From positions 44,544,001-44,608,000 of the forward strand of contig CP068257.2 of NCBI GenBank assembly GCA_009914755.4: DNA of 64,000 nt. The letters are read 5' to 3'. How positions within the stretch are numbered: the first letter of the stretch is position 1; each line of letters starts with the position of its first letter. Made by a program: the position numbers and the translations under genes. Positions 1 through 17,160 of the stretch are shown here, in pieces. The notes under the pieces are model-generated. The model saw only the letters and a program-made list of their open reading frames with translations. It searched no databases and was not told the origin of the DNA. The DNA is from the human T2T-CHM13v2.0 reference genome, Homo sapiens.

Positions 1-249
<249 letters not shown>

Positions 250-333
250 TAGGGCCAATGAGGGGTGTGGAAGAGCAGGTGTAATCTCCTCCTTCTGTAT
301 CAATGTATTTCTCTCATCAAGAATCAAGCTCTT

Positions 334-691
<358 letters not shown>

Positions 692-1325
692 CTATAGAAG
701 AGAAATGATTCTAGTATAGGTTCTAGAAATGATTTCTAGTCCAACCTGGGCTCTGTAAGATCCAGCCAAAAACCTGTTCTTCAAAGGAAAAAGGCCATAC
801 ATTGATAAACCTCTAGCCAGACTTAGGGGAAAAAAGAAAGAAGACAAAAATTACCACTAGCAGAAATTAGAGATGCCACTACCACAGATTCTACAGACAT
901 AAAAAGGATAATAAGGAAGTATTAGGAATGACTTTATGCCAATAAATTTGACAACCTAGATGAAATTGACCAATTCCTTAAAAGACACAAACTACCAAAG
1001 TTCACTCAAGAAGAAATAGATACTCTGAATAGCCTTATATCTGATAACCTTACAGGTCACATTTGACAGTTTAAAAGTAAACAGACTTCCAAACTGGCCT
1101 GCTTGGGAAGGTCTTATGATTAATGGTCCCTGAGTAAAGAATCTTATCATGATTTCCTCAGATTGCTGATGTGCTGATTAATGGACTGAAAAGATGCTGA
1201 TTTATTCCTGAATCATAAAGGTTTACTGACTGTCTTGCACAGAGATGTGTTGACCTGTATGTTGTCATCTGTAGCCAATGCTTGTAACCTCTGTGTTGTA
1301 CCCTCCAAAGAAAAGGACAACATGA

Positions 1326-1575
1326 GTATGAGGAGTCCTTTCTCTCCTCCTAGCCTCTCCTGTAGAAGCCTTCTGACTTAGATATGAGTATGAGTCCTTT
1401 CCCTCCTCTTAGCCTCTCCTATAGAAACCTTCTGACTAGAAAAGGACAACATGAGTATGAGGAGTCCTTTCCCTCCTCCTAGCCTCTCCTATAGAAGCCT
1501 TCTGACTTAGACATGAGTATGAGGAGTCCTTTCCCTCCTCCTAGCCTCTCCTATAGAAACCTTCTGACTTAGATT
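1326..1575. repeat. Tandem repeat, ~62-bp unit x ~4 (atgagtatgaggagtcctttccctcctcctagcctctcctatagaagccttctgacttagac)
   Basis: Direct repetition visible in the sequence. Confidence 0.7.
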
Positions 1576-1769
1576 CCAGAACACTCTCAACTTTGTTGGT
1601 GTGTTCCTCTGGGTTGATCCTCACATTTGGCTTCCAATAAACCTTTATCGAATTATTTGTCTCAACAGCCTTAATTTCAGTTGACATTATCAATAAAATG
1701 GAATTTGTAGGGGGAAAATGTTCCCACAGAGACCATTCAAGGCTCGGGTAGTTTCAGCGGTGAATTCTA

Positions 1770-2210
<441 letters not shown>

Positions 2211-3355
2211 TCAAATCGATGAATGATAGTATGTGAGTTTGGTCAAAAACAACCAAGAAACTTTGAATGTAAATAGACTAAACTCTCCAATCAAAAGACG
2301 GAGTGGCTGAATGGATAAAAAAAAAACAAGACCCAACCATCTGCTGCCTACAAGAAACACACGTCGCCTATAAAGACTCACACAGACTGAAAATAAAGGG
2401 ATAGAAAAGGATATTCCATGCAAATGAGAACCAAAAAAGAGCAGTAGCAGCCATAGTTATATCAAAGTGGATTTCAAGACAAAAACTATAACAAGAGACA
2501 AAGAAGGTCATTATATAATGATAAAGGGGTCAATTCAGCAAGAGGATATAACAGTTATAAATATATATGCACCCAACACTGGAGCACCCAGATATGTAAA
2601 GCAAATATTACTAGAGCTAAATCGAGAGACAGACCCCAGTACAATAGTAACTGGAGACTTCAATACGCATTTTCACCCTTGGACAGATCTTTAAGACAGA
2701 AAATCAAAGAAATATCAGACTTAATCTATACTATAGACCAAATGAACATGATAGATATTTACAGAACATTTCATCCAACAGGTGCAGAATACACCTGCTT
2801 CTCATTAGCACATGGATCATTCTCAAGGATAGACCATATGCTAGGCTGCAAAACAAGTCTTTAAAAATCAAAAAAATTGAAATTATATCAAGTATCTTCT
2901 CCGACCATAATGGAATAAAATGAAATCAATAACAAAAGGAATTTTGGAAATTATACCAACACATAGAAATTAAACAATACGCTCCTGGATGGCCAGTGCA
3001 TCAGTGAAGAAATTAAGAAGGAAATTTTAAAAATGTCTTGAAACAAATGATAATGGAAACACAACACACCAAAACCTACTATGTACTAGATTCAGCAAAA
3101 GCCATACTAAGAGCTATAGCTGTAAGTGCTAAGAGTTTATAGTTATGAGTGCCTATATCAAAAAAGTAGAAAAACTTCAAATAAGCTAATGATTCATCTT
3201 ACAGAGCTAGAAATGCAAGAGCAAACCAAATCCAAAATTAGAAGAAAAATAATTAAGATCAGAGAAGAAATAAATGAAATTTAAATGAAGAAAACAATAC
3301 AACAGATCAATGTAACAAAAAATCGGTTATTTGAAAAGATAAATAAAATTGACAG

Positions 3356-3592
3356 GCCAGGCATGGTGGCTCATGCCTGTAATCCCAGCATTTTGGGAGG
3401 CCGAGGCAGGCGAATTGCTTCAGCCCGGGAGGTCAAGACCAGCCTGGGCATCGTAGCAAAATCCCATCTCTACAATAACAAAAACACAAAAACCAAAAAA
3501 TTAGCCAGGCCTGGTGGCATACACCTGTAGTCCCAGATACCTGGGAGGCTGAGGTGGGAGGCTGGCCTGAGCCTCAGGTGGATATCTACATG
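3356..3592 (+). mobile_element. Alu (3'-truncated) inside the L1 remnant
   Basis: GCCAGGCATGGTGGCTCATGCCTGTAATCCCAGCATTTTGGGAGG... Confidence 0.8.
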
Positions 3593-4129
3593 CAAACCTC
3601 ACACCATATATGAAAATTAACTTGGAATTGATCAGAGACCTACATGTAAAACCTAAACTATAAAACTTCTAGAACAACACACAGGAGAGAATCTGTGTGA
3701 CCTTGGGCTTGGCAAAGATTTCTTAAACTGAACATAAAAAGCATAAAATACAAAAGAAAAATCAATAAATTGGACATCATCAAATTAAACAGTTTTGCTC
3801 ATCAAAAAACATTATTATGAAAATGAAAAACCATGGAGTGGGAGACCGTATCTGCAAAACATACACCCAAAAAAGGACTCATATCCAGACACATAAAGAA
3901 CTCTCACAACTTCCCAAGAAGAAGATAAGCAACCCATTTTATCTTTAAAGATGGACAAAAGACTAGGACAGACACAGCCTTGGACCCCAGCCTCCCAGCC
4001 TGGCTCTCCTCCCTCCACTCTGTGTGACTGGATGGAGAAACGGCCCTGCCTGACCACCCAGTCATGCCCTCCCCACAGCTGCCAGCCTGCACTGGGGGCC
4101 CCCCCAGGTGCCCCCGCACCCGGCCATAC

Positions 4130-4480
4130 CATTGAGGTAGTAGCTCCTCCTGGTCCTGTCCCCGGTGGGCAGGCTGCTCTCCGAGAAACACACCTTCTTA
4201 GGCCGGACCATCTCCCTGGGCTCCAGCAGGGTCTTGTCCACCAGTGAGTCTTGCAAGGGGCTCAGGAGCGGGGACAGCTTCCTGTCGGTGCCTCGGTGGC
4301 TATGTGGCTCTGGGGGACTGAGGAAGGCCTTGAAGGGTGCCTGGGAGGGGGCTGCACAGCCCGGGGAGGTGTCGTCCTCGCTGGACAGGGGGGCATGTGA
4401 GCACAGCAGGTCCTCCAGGGAGGATGTCTGCAGTTGGGAGGGCGTGTCGGCAACACTCGTGAACCTTCCGAAATCTGGAA
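4130..4480 (-). CDS. SPATC1L: SPATC1L large coding exon (aa 65-182, (V)[15 protein letters not shown]...[42 protein letters not shown]), 351 bp
   Basis: Acceptor cctcAG|tt cca gat; donor aat g|GTATGG. Overlaps ORF-track 4062..4256(-). The remaining downstream SPATC1L exons lie before window position 1. Confidence 0.8.
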
Positions 4481-5049
4481 CTGAGGCGGGGAGGAAAGGG
4501 ATGAGAAATCAGGCTGATGCTCCTAAAACATTCCTGGGAAGTATAAAGAACATGTTAACAACCCCTATGCACCCCACCCCAAGCTTCAACACCTGCCGGG
4601 GTTTCCCTGGCTTCAGAGCATCCTCCTTCCCCTCAGGCCTCAAGTGTAAAAGGAGGAGCTGGATGTGGTGAAGTGGCCACAGGTGCCCATCCTGCCCGTG
4701 GGAGCACTGCGTCTATGGGCACAGCAAGCGGGCAGGCCTCCGTGTGCCTCCTGCCTGCCTGTGTGCCCACACACACTGGAGAATGACTTTTATATGCTTA
4801 AGTTGTACATAAATGGTAGCACCCTACACATTTTATTCTGCAACTGAACTTTTTGCTGCTGCATTATCTCTTTGAGATTTATCCACCCTGAGCCATCTGG
4901 TAGCTACCTGGTTCATTTAACTGTTTCCTGGCAACTCTGTACACATGAGCACAAATACAGACACACACACTGAATTTTTAACCCTTGCCCTATTGATGGA
5001 CAGGGCTTGTTTCCATGTTTCCGTGCAAACACACAGCTGTAATCGGCCT

Positions 5050-8000
5050 CCCGGGAGGAGCCTTCTGCTCTGTGAGCATCCTCTGTGGATGGGGAGGAGC
5101 CTCCTGCTCTGTGAGCATCCTCTGTGGATGGGGAGGAGCCCCCTGCTCTGTGAGCATCCTCTGTGGATGGGGAGGAGCCTCCTGCTCTGTGTACATCCTC
5201 TGTGGATGGGGAGGAGCCCCCTGCTCTGTGAGCATCCTCTGTGGATGGGGAGGAGCCCCTGCTCTGTGAGCATCCTCTGTGGATGGGGAGGAGCCCCCTG
5301 CTCTGTGAGCATCCTCTGTGGATGGGGAGGAGCCTCCTGCTCTGTGTACATCCTCTGTGGATGGGGAGGAGCCCCCTGCTCTGTGAGCATCCTCTGTGGA
5401 TGGGGAGGAGCCCCTGCTCTCTGAGCATCCTCTGTGGATGGGGAGGAGCCCCCTGCTCTGTGAGCATCCTCTGTGGATGGGGAGGAGCCCCTGCTCTGTG
5501 AGCATCCTCTGTGGATGGGGAGGAGCCTCCTGCTCTGTGAACATCCTCTGTGGATGGGGAGGAGCCCCCTGCTCTGTGAGCATCCTCTGTGGATGGGGAG
5601 GAGCCCCTGCTCTGTGAGCATCCTCTGTGGATGGGGAGGAGCCTCTGCTCTGTGAGCATCCTCTGTGGATGGGGAGGAGCCTCCTGCTTTGTGAGCATCC
5701 TCTGTGGATGGGGAGGAGCCCCTGCTCTGTGAGCATCCTCTGTGGATGGGGAGGAGCCTCCTGCTCTGTGAGCATCCTCTGTGGATGGGGAGGAGCCCCC
5801 TGCTCTGTGAACATCCTCTGTGGATGGGGAGGAGCCCCCTACTCTGTGAACATCCTCTGTGGATGGGGAGGAGCCTCCTGCTCTGTGAGCATCCTCGTGG
5901 ATGGGGAGGAGCCCCCTGCTCTGTGAACATCCTCTGTGGATGGGGAGGAGCCTCCCTGCTCTGTGAGCATCCTCTGTGGATGGGGAGGAGCCTCCTGCTC
6001 TGTGAGCATCCTCTGTGGATGGGGAGGAGCCTCCCTGCTCTGTGAGCATCCTCTGTGGATGGGGAGGAGCCTCCTGCTCTGTGAGCATCCTCTGTGGTCC
6101 AGGAGGAGCCTCCTGCTCTGTGAACATCCTCTGTGGATGGGGAGGAGCCTCCCTGCTCTGTGAGCATCCTCTGTGGATGGGGAGGAGCCTCCTGCTCTGT
6201 GAGCATCCTCTGTGGTCCAGGAGGAGCCTCCTGCTCTGTGAACATCCTCTGTGGATGTGGAGGAGCCCCCTGCTCTGTGAGCATCCTCTGTGGATGGGGA
6301 GGAGCCCCCTGCTCTGTGAGCATCCTCTGTGGATGGGGAGGAGCCCCTGCTCTGTGAGCATCCTCTGTGGATGGGGAGGAGCCTCCTGCTCTGTGTACAT
6401 CCTCTGTGGATGGGGAGGAGCCCCCTGCTCTGTGAGCATCCTCTGTGGATGGGGAGGAGCCCCTGCTCTGTGAGCATCCTCTGTGGATGGGGAGGAGCCC
6501 CCTGCTCTGTGAGCATCCTCTGTGGATGGGGAGGAGCCCCTGCTCTGTGAGCATCCTCTGTGGATGGGGAGGAGCCTCCTGCTCTGTGAACATCCTCTGT
6601 GGATGGGGAGGAGCCCCCTGCTCTGTGAGCATCCTCTGTGGATGGGGAGGAGCCCCTGCTCTGTGAGCATCCTCTGTGGATGGGGAGGAGCCTCTGCTCT
6701 GTGAGCATCCTCTGTGGATGGGGAGGAGCCTCCTGCTCTGTGAGCATCCTCTGTGGATGGGGAGGAGCCCCTGCTCTGTGAGCATCCTCTGTGGATGGGG
6801 AGGAGCCTCCTGCTCTGTGAGCATCCTCTGTGGATGGGGAGGAGCCCCCTGCTCTGTGAACATCCTCTGTGGATGGGGAGGAGCCCCCTATTCTGTGAAC
6901 ATCCTCTGTGGATGGGGAGGAGCCTCCTGCTCTGTGAGCATCCTCGTGGATGGGGAGGAGCCCCCTGCTCTGTGAACATCCTCTGTGGATGGGGAGGAGC
7001 CTCCCTGCTCTGTGAGCATCCTCTGTGGATGGGGAGGAGCCTCCTGCTCTGTGAGCATCCTCTGTGGATGGGGAGGAGCCCCCTGCTCTGTGAACATCCT
7101 CTGTGGATGGGGAGGAGCCTCCTGCTCTGTGAGCATCCTCTGTGGATGGGGAGGAGCCTCCCTGCTCTGTGAGCATCCTCTGTGGATGGGGAGGAGCCTC
7201 CTGCTCTGTGAGCATCCTCTGTGGTCCAGGAGGAGCCTCCTGCTCTGTGAACATCCTCTGTGGATGGGGAGGAGCCTCCCTGCTCTGTGAGCATCCTCTG
7301 TGGATGGGGAGGAGCCTCCTGCTCTGTGAGCATCCTCTGTGGTCCAGGAGGAGCCTCCTTCTCTGTGAACATCCTCTGTGGATGTGGAGGAGCCCCCTGC
7401 TCTGTGAACATCCTCTGTGGATGGGGAGGAGCCTCCTGCTCTGTGAGCATCCTCTGTGGATGGGGAGGAGCCTCCTGCTCTGTGAGCATCCTCTGTGGTC
7501 CAGGAGGAGCCTCCTGCTCTGTGAACATCCTCTGTGGATGGGGAGGAGCCCCCTGCTCTGTGAACATCCTCTGTGGATGGGGAGGAGCCCCCTACTCTGT
7601 GAACATCCTCTGTGGATGGGGAGGAGCCTCCTGCTCTGTGAGCATCCTCTGTGGATGGGGAGGAGCCTCCCTGCTCTGTGAGCATCCTCTGTGGATGGGG
7701 AGGAGCCTCCCTGCTCTGTGAGCATCCTCTGTGGATGGGGAGGAGCCTCCCTGCTCTGTGAACATCCTCTGTGGATGGGGAGGAGCCTCCCTGCTCTGTG
7801 AACATCCTCTGTGGATAGGGAGGAGCCTCCTGCTCTGTGAGCATCCTCTGTGGTCCAGGAGGAGCCTCCTGCTCTGTGAACATCCTCTGTGGATGGGGAG
7901 GAGCTTCCCTGCTCTGTGAACATCCTCTGTGGATGGGGAGGAGCCTCCTGCTCTGTGAGCATCCTCTGTGGTCCAGGAGGAGCCTCCTGCTCTGTGAACA

Positions 8001-8808
8001 TCCTCTGTGGATGGGGAGGAGCCCCCTGCTCTGTGAACATCCTCTGTGGATGGGGAGGAGCCTCCTGCTCTGTGAGCATCCTCTGTGGATGGGGAGGAGC
8101 CCCCTACTCTGTGAACATCCTCTGTGGATGGGGAGGAGCCTCCTGCTCTGTGAGCATCCTCTGTGGATGGGGAGGAGCCTCCCTGCTCTGTGAGCATCCT
8201 CTGTGGATGGGGAGGAGCCTCCCTGCTCTGTGAACATCCTCTGTGGATGGGGAGGAGCCTCCCTGCTCTGTGAACATCCTCTGTGGATAGGGAGGAGCCT
8301 CCTGCTCTGTGAGCATCTTCTGTGGTCCAGGAGGAGCCTCCTGCTCTGTGAACATCCTCTGTGGATGGGGAGGAGCTTCCCTGCTCTGTGAACATCCTCT
8401 GTGGATGGGGAGGAGCCTCCCTGCTCTGTGAACATCCTCTGTGGATGGGGAGGAGCCTCCTGCTCTGTGAGCATCCTCTGTGGTCCAGGAGGAGCCTCCT
8501 GCTCTGTGAACATCCTCTGTGGATGGGGAGGAGCCCTCTGCTCTCTGAACATCCTCTGTGGATGGGGAGGAGCCTCCCTGCTCTGTGAGCATCCTCTGTG
8601 GATGGGGAGGAGCCTCCCTGCTCTGTGAACATCCTCTGTGGATGGGGAGGAGCCTCCTGCTCTGTGAACATCCTCTGTGGATGGGGAGGAGCTTCCCTGC
8701 TCTGTAAACATCCTCTGTGGATGGGGAGGAGCCTCCTGCTCTGTGAACATCCTTTGTGGATGGGGAGGAGCCTCCTGCTCTGTGAACATCCTCTGTGGTC
8801 TGACGCTG
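5050..8808. repeat. 39-bp minisatellite (VNTR-like), ~96 copies (CCTCCTGCTCTGTGAGCATCCTCTGTGGATGGGGAGGAG and variants of 38-40 bp) in the SPATC1L intron
   Basis: Near-perfect periodicity over ~3.76 kb. All six frames are open because the unit is 13 codons long, which explains the 884/746/665-aa ORFs in the track. Confidence 0.9.
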
Positions 8809-9102
8809 GGCTCAGGTGTGTTCACTTTCTTTGCTTTCCACACCAAGGGGGAGGGTCCATGCCCACCAACACCTCCTGGCCCCACACCCTCATGAGGACT
8901 GAATATTCCCCAACCAGGCTGATGAGGTCATGTGGCATTTCCCCAATCCCTGGCCAAATTTAGCTTATCTATGCCTTTATGGCTTATGAAATTCTATTCT
9001 ACCTCCATGTCATGTGTATTCTCCTAGCAATAAAGCAAATACATATTAGAGAAAGTGTTCGGAGCCATATCAAAAAATTATACCTTAAAATGTGCCTACT
9101 GG

Positions 9103-9183
9103 AGCTTGCAGTGAGCCAAGATCGTGCCACTGCAATCCAGCCTGGGCGACAGAGCAAGAATCCATCTCAAAAAAAAAAAAAAA
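9103..9183 (+). mobile_element. Alu 3' fragment with A-tail
   Basis: ...GCAGTGAGCCAAGATCGTGCCACTGCAATCCAGCCTGGGCGACAGAGCAAGA...A17; TSD aaaatgtgcctac. Confidence 0.8.
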
Positions 9184-9756
9184 ATGTGCCTACAAAGGAA
9201 CCAACTAATCTTCCCTCTGAAATGTTTTCCAAGGAAAAAAAGTTCGAAAGAAGCAAAGTCATCAGCGTGTGCCCGGCCTCCTGCCACGTGGGAGGCCTGG
9301 AGTCCTCAGGCTTCACAGACCCCCCACCCCAGACACTTTTCAAATTATAAAAGAATATTATGTACAATTATGTATTAATTAAAATTTCAATAAAAGGAGA
9401 TAGCCTGGAAAATTACTTTCAAGTGACTCAATAAGAAGTAGAAAACCTAAATGAACCAATACACAAAGAAGGAAAATCTAAAAGTTATGAAATGATTATT
9501 CCCCAGAGGGCTGCAGGCCTGGATGGTCTGTGGGTGAGTGTGCCAAGTTCCCAAACAAGTCATAATCCCGACATCATACAAATGAGGCTGGAACCGTAGA
9601 ACAGGTTAAAAGATGCTCAATTAGGTTTCAAAATTTGTCACAACTCTGATGTCAAATTCCTACAAAGATAACCCCCAGAAAAAAAAAAAAAAAAAAAAAA
9701 AAACCATGGCCAGGCCAAAAATAATTGCACAAAGTCTCATCCAAACATGATCAAGA

Positions 9757-10085
9757 ACACACAGCACGAGGCAGGAGTGTGCACAGAGCATGAGGCAGGA
9801 GTGCAGAGCATGAGGCGGGGGATGCACAGAGCATGAGGCGGGGGATGCACAGAGCATGAGGCCGGGGTATGCAAAGCACGAGGCGGGGGATGCACAGAGC
9901 GTGAGACGGGGGATGCACAGAGCGTGAGGCGGAGGATGCACAGAGCGTGAGGCGGGGGTTGTGCAGAGCACAAAGCGGGGAGGTGTGCAGAGCACAAGAT
10001 GGGGGTGGAGAGCATGAGGCAGGGGTGTGTGCAGAGCACGAGGCGGTGGGGTGGAGAGCAAGAGGCAGGGTGTGCAGAACCCAGT
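9757..10085. repeat. 23-bp minisatellite x ~14 (GCACAGAGCATGAGGCGGGGGAT)
   Basis: Direct tandem repetition; accounts for ORFs 9660..10127(-). Confidence 0.8.
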
Positions 10086-11784
10086 GGCTGTGCAGCGTAG
10101 CAAGATACCAGATACGGTCCCTGGCAAGAAGCTGAGTTACCTCCACTGGTACAGAGATAGGCTCACAAACACCGAACAAGATGAGCCATTTCTCAAATTT
10201 TCTGTTTTCCAAAAATAAGAACAGGAAGGACTCTTCCACAGCATCCAGCCTGTGCAAACCTCCCTCCTCTGGGCAGATGGGACCGTTGGTCCTTCCCACA
10301 GCTGGTCAGGAGGACCAGGATGCGGCCAAAACCCTCTCTCACCTTCCCTGGACGAGGCCCCATGAAAGTCAAGGCCAAGGCCCGAGTTCTGAGTAATAAG
10401 GACAAAGACAGAAATAAGAAGTTCATGTGGATTGGAAGGGCGGGATGGCCGGCCAGATGCAGCCAGATGATACAGCTCCCACGGAGGGCCTGAGATGACT
10501 GGTGAGCTTCTAACACATCTTCAGAGGGAAGGTGCTGAGGGCAGATGGAGGGAGCACACAGAAGCTGGGCTGAAGGTGAGAAAGCTGGGAACCTGCCTGG
10601 GACTACTGAGCACTGGTGCTCATTTTTGGACCCACAACAGCTCTGGGGAAATGGGGTAGTTAAACGGGCAAGGAGCAACCCACTGTTGCCATGGGCCTCT
10701 GGAACCCCAGCTGGGGGAGACCCCTCGCCCACCATGGACACTCTAGTTGGCAGGGAGAGCTGCTTAGAGAAGTGGTGGCGGCAGCAGCCAGCTGAAGCGG
10801 AACCCAGAGGGTCTGGTGCAGGAACACAGCCAGGGACGGCCGTCCCCCAGGCTTGATTTGCTCCCACAGGAGACTTTGGACCTAGGGGAACTGTCAGACC
10901 TGTTCTCTGCAGGGTGGTCTTACCCATCAGATGGGACTGGTCCAACCTGAGCACCCCTTCGTCTGCTGGCCTCTCCTGGGGCCCCAGCCTGGCCATGCCT
11001 GCTTGCAGGGCAGTCTTGGGTGCCCTGGGGGTCTTCACCATAGCTTCTGTGCCGGCAGACTGTGCCTGGCCAGTGGAGAGCTCCAGTGAGACAGCCCCGA
11101 CGGCCACACACCAGCCTGCCTGCTCCCTCCTCATATTGTAGCTTCCCCTGGGCCCAGGCAACTCCCCACATCACTCTGCTGATGTCTGCACAGGTGGGTT
11201 TTGATTTCCTTCCCCCACCAGCATGCAGGAGTCCAGTGGGCCTCCCCTTTCCCTACAGACTTCCATTGCAGATGAAGCCTTGGCAGACACAGAGCCAGCA
11301 AGCCCCATACCCACCAGAACCCTGCCTTTGACCTAACACTGAGCAGAGAACAGTGGATCCTCCCCCACCCTGAGCGATCACTCCTGCTTGCAGGGCACAG
11401 AAAAGGCACCTAGACCTGTGCCAACCAGCACCCCACCCATGCCTATAGTACCTCCAGAGTAACTGCACACAGTCTCCAACAGGAGCCCCCCATCCCCACC
11501 CCAGCTGCTTTGCCTCCACCACTGTGGTGAACCCCCACAGGAAGGCAGGCACTCTGCATCTGCCAGCCACTCTGCTGTAGCTGCAGTACCTCAGCCCCCC
11601 AGTGCAGTGGATTCCAAACCTCAAGGAGCCAGAGAACAAAGTCAGGGCCCAAAACAAGTCCCCCAGAGCTAGAGCATGCAGAGTCCAGGAGTTGGCAGCT
11701 GGGCACTGGCCCCTTAAATATTCCATAAATGAAGCCAGTTGGCTGAATCCACCTTATACCACAATCAAAACCTCAAGGTCATCA

Positions 11785-12102
<318 letters not shown>

Positions 12103-12104
12103 CA

Positions 12105-16340
<4,236 letters not shown>

Positions 16341-16348
16341 AATACATG

Positions 16349-17000
<652 letters not shown>

Positions 17001-17005
17001 ATAAT

Positions 17006-17160
17006 GGGCCAGGCACGGTGGCTCACACCTGTAATCCCAGCATTTTAGGAGGTCGAGACAGAAGGATCCCTTAAGCCCAGGAGTTCAAGACCAGCAACAT
17101 AGAAGATCCCATCTCCATAAAAGTAAAAAAAATCACACACACACCAAAAAAAGAAATCCA
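17006..17160 (+). mobile_element. Alu monomer-like fragment
   Basis: GGGCCAGGCACGGTGGCTCACACCTGTAATCCCAGCATTTTAGGAGG... Confidence 0.7.

Noticed and set aside
2467-2864. ORFs ITRDKEGHYIMIKGSIQQEDITVINIYAPNTG... and later 12493-14413 ORFs with RT motifs
   Set aside because: L1 ORF2 endonuclease and reverse-transcriptase remnants with frameshifts and stops. These are parts of degenerate L1 elements, not host genes.
4913-8885. Very long ORFs on both strands (884, 746, 665, 648 aa, etc.) with PHPQRMLTEQ / GCSQSRRLLPIHR-type repeats
   Set aside because: They are pure translations of the 39-bp (13-codon) minisatellite. There is no start-site context, no splice structure, and the same periodic peptide appears in every frame. 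Not a gene.
10193-11161. 322-aa minus-strand ORF in unique sequence
   Set aside because: No recognisable domain, no splice or polyA context, GC-rich intronic DNA where long random ORFs are expected. Lies inside the SPATC1L intron. Insufficient evidence to call a gene.
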